Positions 61,986 through 64,000 of a stretch of DNA of 64,000 bases are shown here, in pieces; positions within the stretch are counted from its first letter, which is position 1, and every line of letters starts with the position of its first letter. The stretch lies in NCBI RefSeq assembly GCF_009914755.1, contig NC_060926.1. One strand, written 5' to 3'. A model generated the notes under the pieces. It did no database searches. It was not told the DNA's origin and saw only the letters and a list, made by a program, of their open reading frames with translations. The translations under genes were made by a program, and so were the position numbers. This DNA comes from the human T2T-CHM13v2.0 reference genome, Homo sapiens.

Positions 61986-64000
61986 AGATGGCACTTGATG
62001 GTACGAATGCGGAATCCAAAATGCTATGACACTCACTCTGAGTGGTCTTATTCTGTACACTTAAAACAATAAAAGACTTTGCGAAAAACAACAGAAAGAG
62101 ATCATGTAAACTATGTGCACACTTGATAAAAGTTTGCAGAATAAAGATGCAATTTAAGAGCCTAGAGAGAAAGGCTAATTGGTGGCAGTAGATCTTGGGA
62201 AAAGGCTGGAAAAAGGCTGATAGTTAAGTGCAAGGATGGAGACAGAAGAATTTCAAATAGAAAGAGCAAATGTAGAATCATACTATAGGGTCTGTATTAA
62301 AATAGAATTGTCAATAGTACAATCGTGTTGGAGAATCAAGTGAAGTGTAACTGAAGAATATGGAGAGTATGGAAAGAGTTAATGGACTAATTTGATGAGA
62401 ATTGATGAATTTAAATTTTGTGTAAAAGGTAAAAGAAAGCCATTGTAGGTCCATGAGTCAAAAATGAAGGCAGTGACAATTGTTGAATCTCATAGGTACC
62501 AAAGGTATAATCTTATTAATCTTAGCTCCCTTCACATAACCTATCATGATATTCGGCACATATTAGGAACTTAGTATTTGTTTGTTAAATTGTAGTTTTG
62601 CATTAAAAAGAGGCAACAGTGGTAAGAGACCATGGAATCAGTCCTGGTTTTAAATCTCTGTTAATCCTCAGGAAAATAAGTTATTTACCCTCTTAGCTAC
62701 AGTTGTAGTGAAAATGGCATTAGTGATCTTTCCCCTATGGGGTTTAAAAAGAAGTTTTGGGTTAATGTATGCACTGCACCTATCATGTCTTGTCATATGG
62801 TAAAATAAAGAATAAATGGCATTTTGCTAGGAACTTACTATGTTAAATGAATTGATAAAGGCATTAAATCTGGGAAATAATAGCTAACATATCATTAGTG
62901 ATTGTAATTCATGTACAAATGCCTCACAACTGGATGAGTGAAGCAGAAATAATTTTCAGAGCCAAAAGAAGTTAATATAACTAGCTGTTCTGTGTTCATA
63001 GACACATTTAATTGTGAGTCATTAAAAGGAAGAAAGTTACCTTATAGAGGTCTGAATTGGGATTGAGCCTCCAATGTTCCCAATGAAACTATGGAACTAA
63101 ACACCATGAAATGAATAGCAATTGAAGTTAAACTAGTTTTGTACCCTAGAAACCCATTGTTTTATTAAAGAAAATGGAAAAAAATCACTTATTTAAATTT
63201 TTGAGTGGGTTCAAATTATGTATTTATAAATATAGCTGTGGTTTTAAAAAAGGCAGCATTCATTATCTACTATGATAACACAGAATATAAACTGTCAATA
63301 GTAAAAAGAAATTAAATTAGAAAATCAGAGATGGAATTAATTAGTGATTGACTCATAAATATTTACAATTATTATCTTGCTAGCTGTGAAAATTTATTAT
63401 AAATACATTTCCTGTTTTTACTTTGGTTCATTTCTGCCTCCCATAAATAGTACTTTCTCCACAAATCCCCCTTACTTATTTCTGCACTATGGACTATATC
63501 ATTAAGTTCCACTACAAACTAATATAGGAAGAGAGGAAACACTGAACTTTCACACTTAATTTAAAAACACATCTACTTTGCATTAGCAAAAGTAGAATTC
63601 TGGACTGATTGTTAGTTCCTTAGCTGCTGATTCATTTTGTGCTGGTATCAGAAAGAATTCTAACTCAGAAAACAGGTGCTTAAATTCATAAATTTTATAA
63701 ATGACTCCTGAGGGCAAGCCAGAGAGAACGAGGTTAAATCCTGTCACTCTTCCCAACTACAGCACTGGTCAATACAAATCCAAGGTTCTTCTGATTCCTA
63801 ATAGGCAGAAATAAAGGGTTAAGAGGATAAATCATGAGCAATGCAACACTGTATTTCATCAGAATTTTAGGTTGTATTTTGTCTGCAGAAATGCTCAGGT
63901 TGGCTTACTCTAGAGCGGGCAGTCATCAACTTATAAGGAGGTATTGACTGCTATTAATAACATGTATTATAACAGAAACAAAGGAAGGGAATTAACATTA

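Noticed and set aside
61047-64000. Further upstream PDE1A exon (YHN-HAAD motif)
   Set aside because: No matching coding sequence was found, so it presumably lies beyond the window end.

Overview
Primate (most likely human or another hominid) genomic DNA containing the 3' half of the calcium/calmodulin-dependent phosphodiesterase gene PDE1A on the minus strand. Eight coding exons have canonical GT-AG junctions and consistent phases: 61046-60946, 43146-43021, 38863-38762, 38631-38511, 26139-26058, 23668-23548, 23159-22972 and a terminal exon starting at 5364. They splice into one frame from HWLTELEIL to EARTSSQKCEFIHQ*. The rest is intronic or 3'-flanking DNA dominated by transposons: an ERV-L/MLT2 provirus remnant, solo LTRs, five Alus, MADE1, Tigger2a, old L1M/L2/MIR, a chimeric L1, and a full-length L1PA2-type element inside a 12.6-kb nested TE cluster. 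There are no prokaryotic systems, CRISPR arrays or RNA genes. The most notable observations are: (1) the intronic L1's antisense ORF0 is open, and its second splice donor is exactly in phase with the next PDE1A exon; (2) an old L1 is internally overwritten by a 2.1-kb young L1 tract that shares three unusual transversions with the full-length L1 40 kb away; (3) a MADE1 hairpin carries a locally templated, fold-back-shaped insertion; (4) a perfect 119-bp tandem duplication doubles an AP-1 motif. Repeat subfamily names come from recalled consensus sequences and need RepeatMasker/Dfam confirmation.
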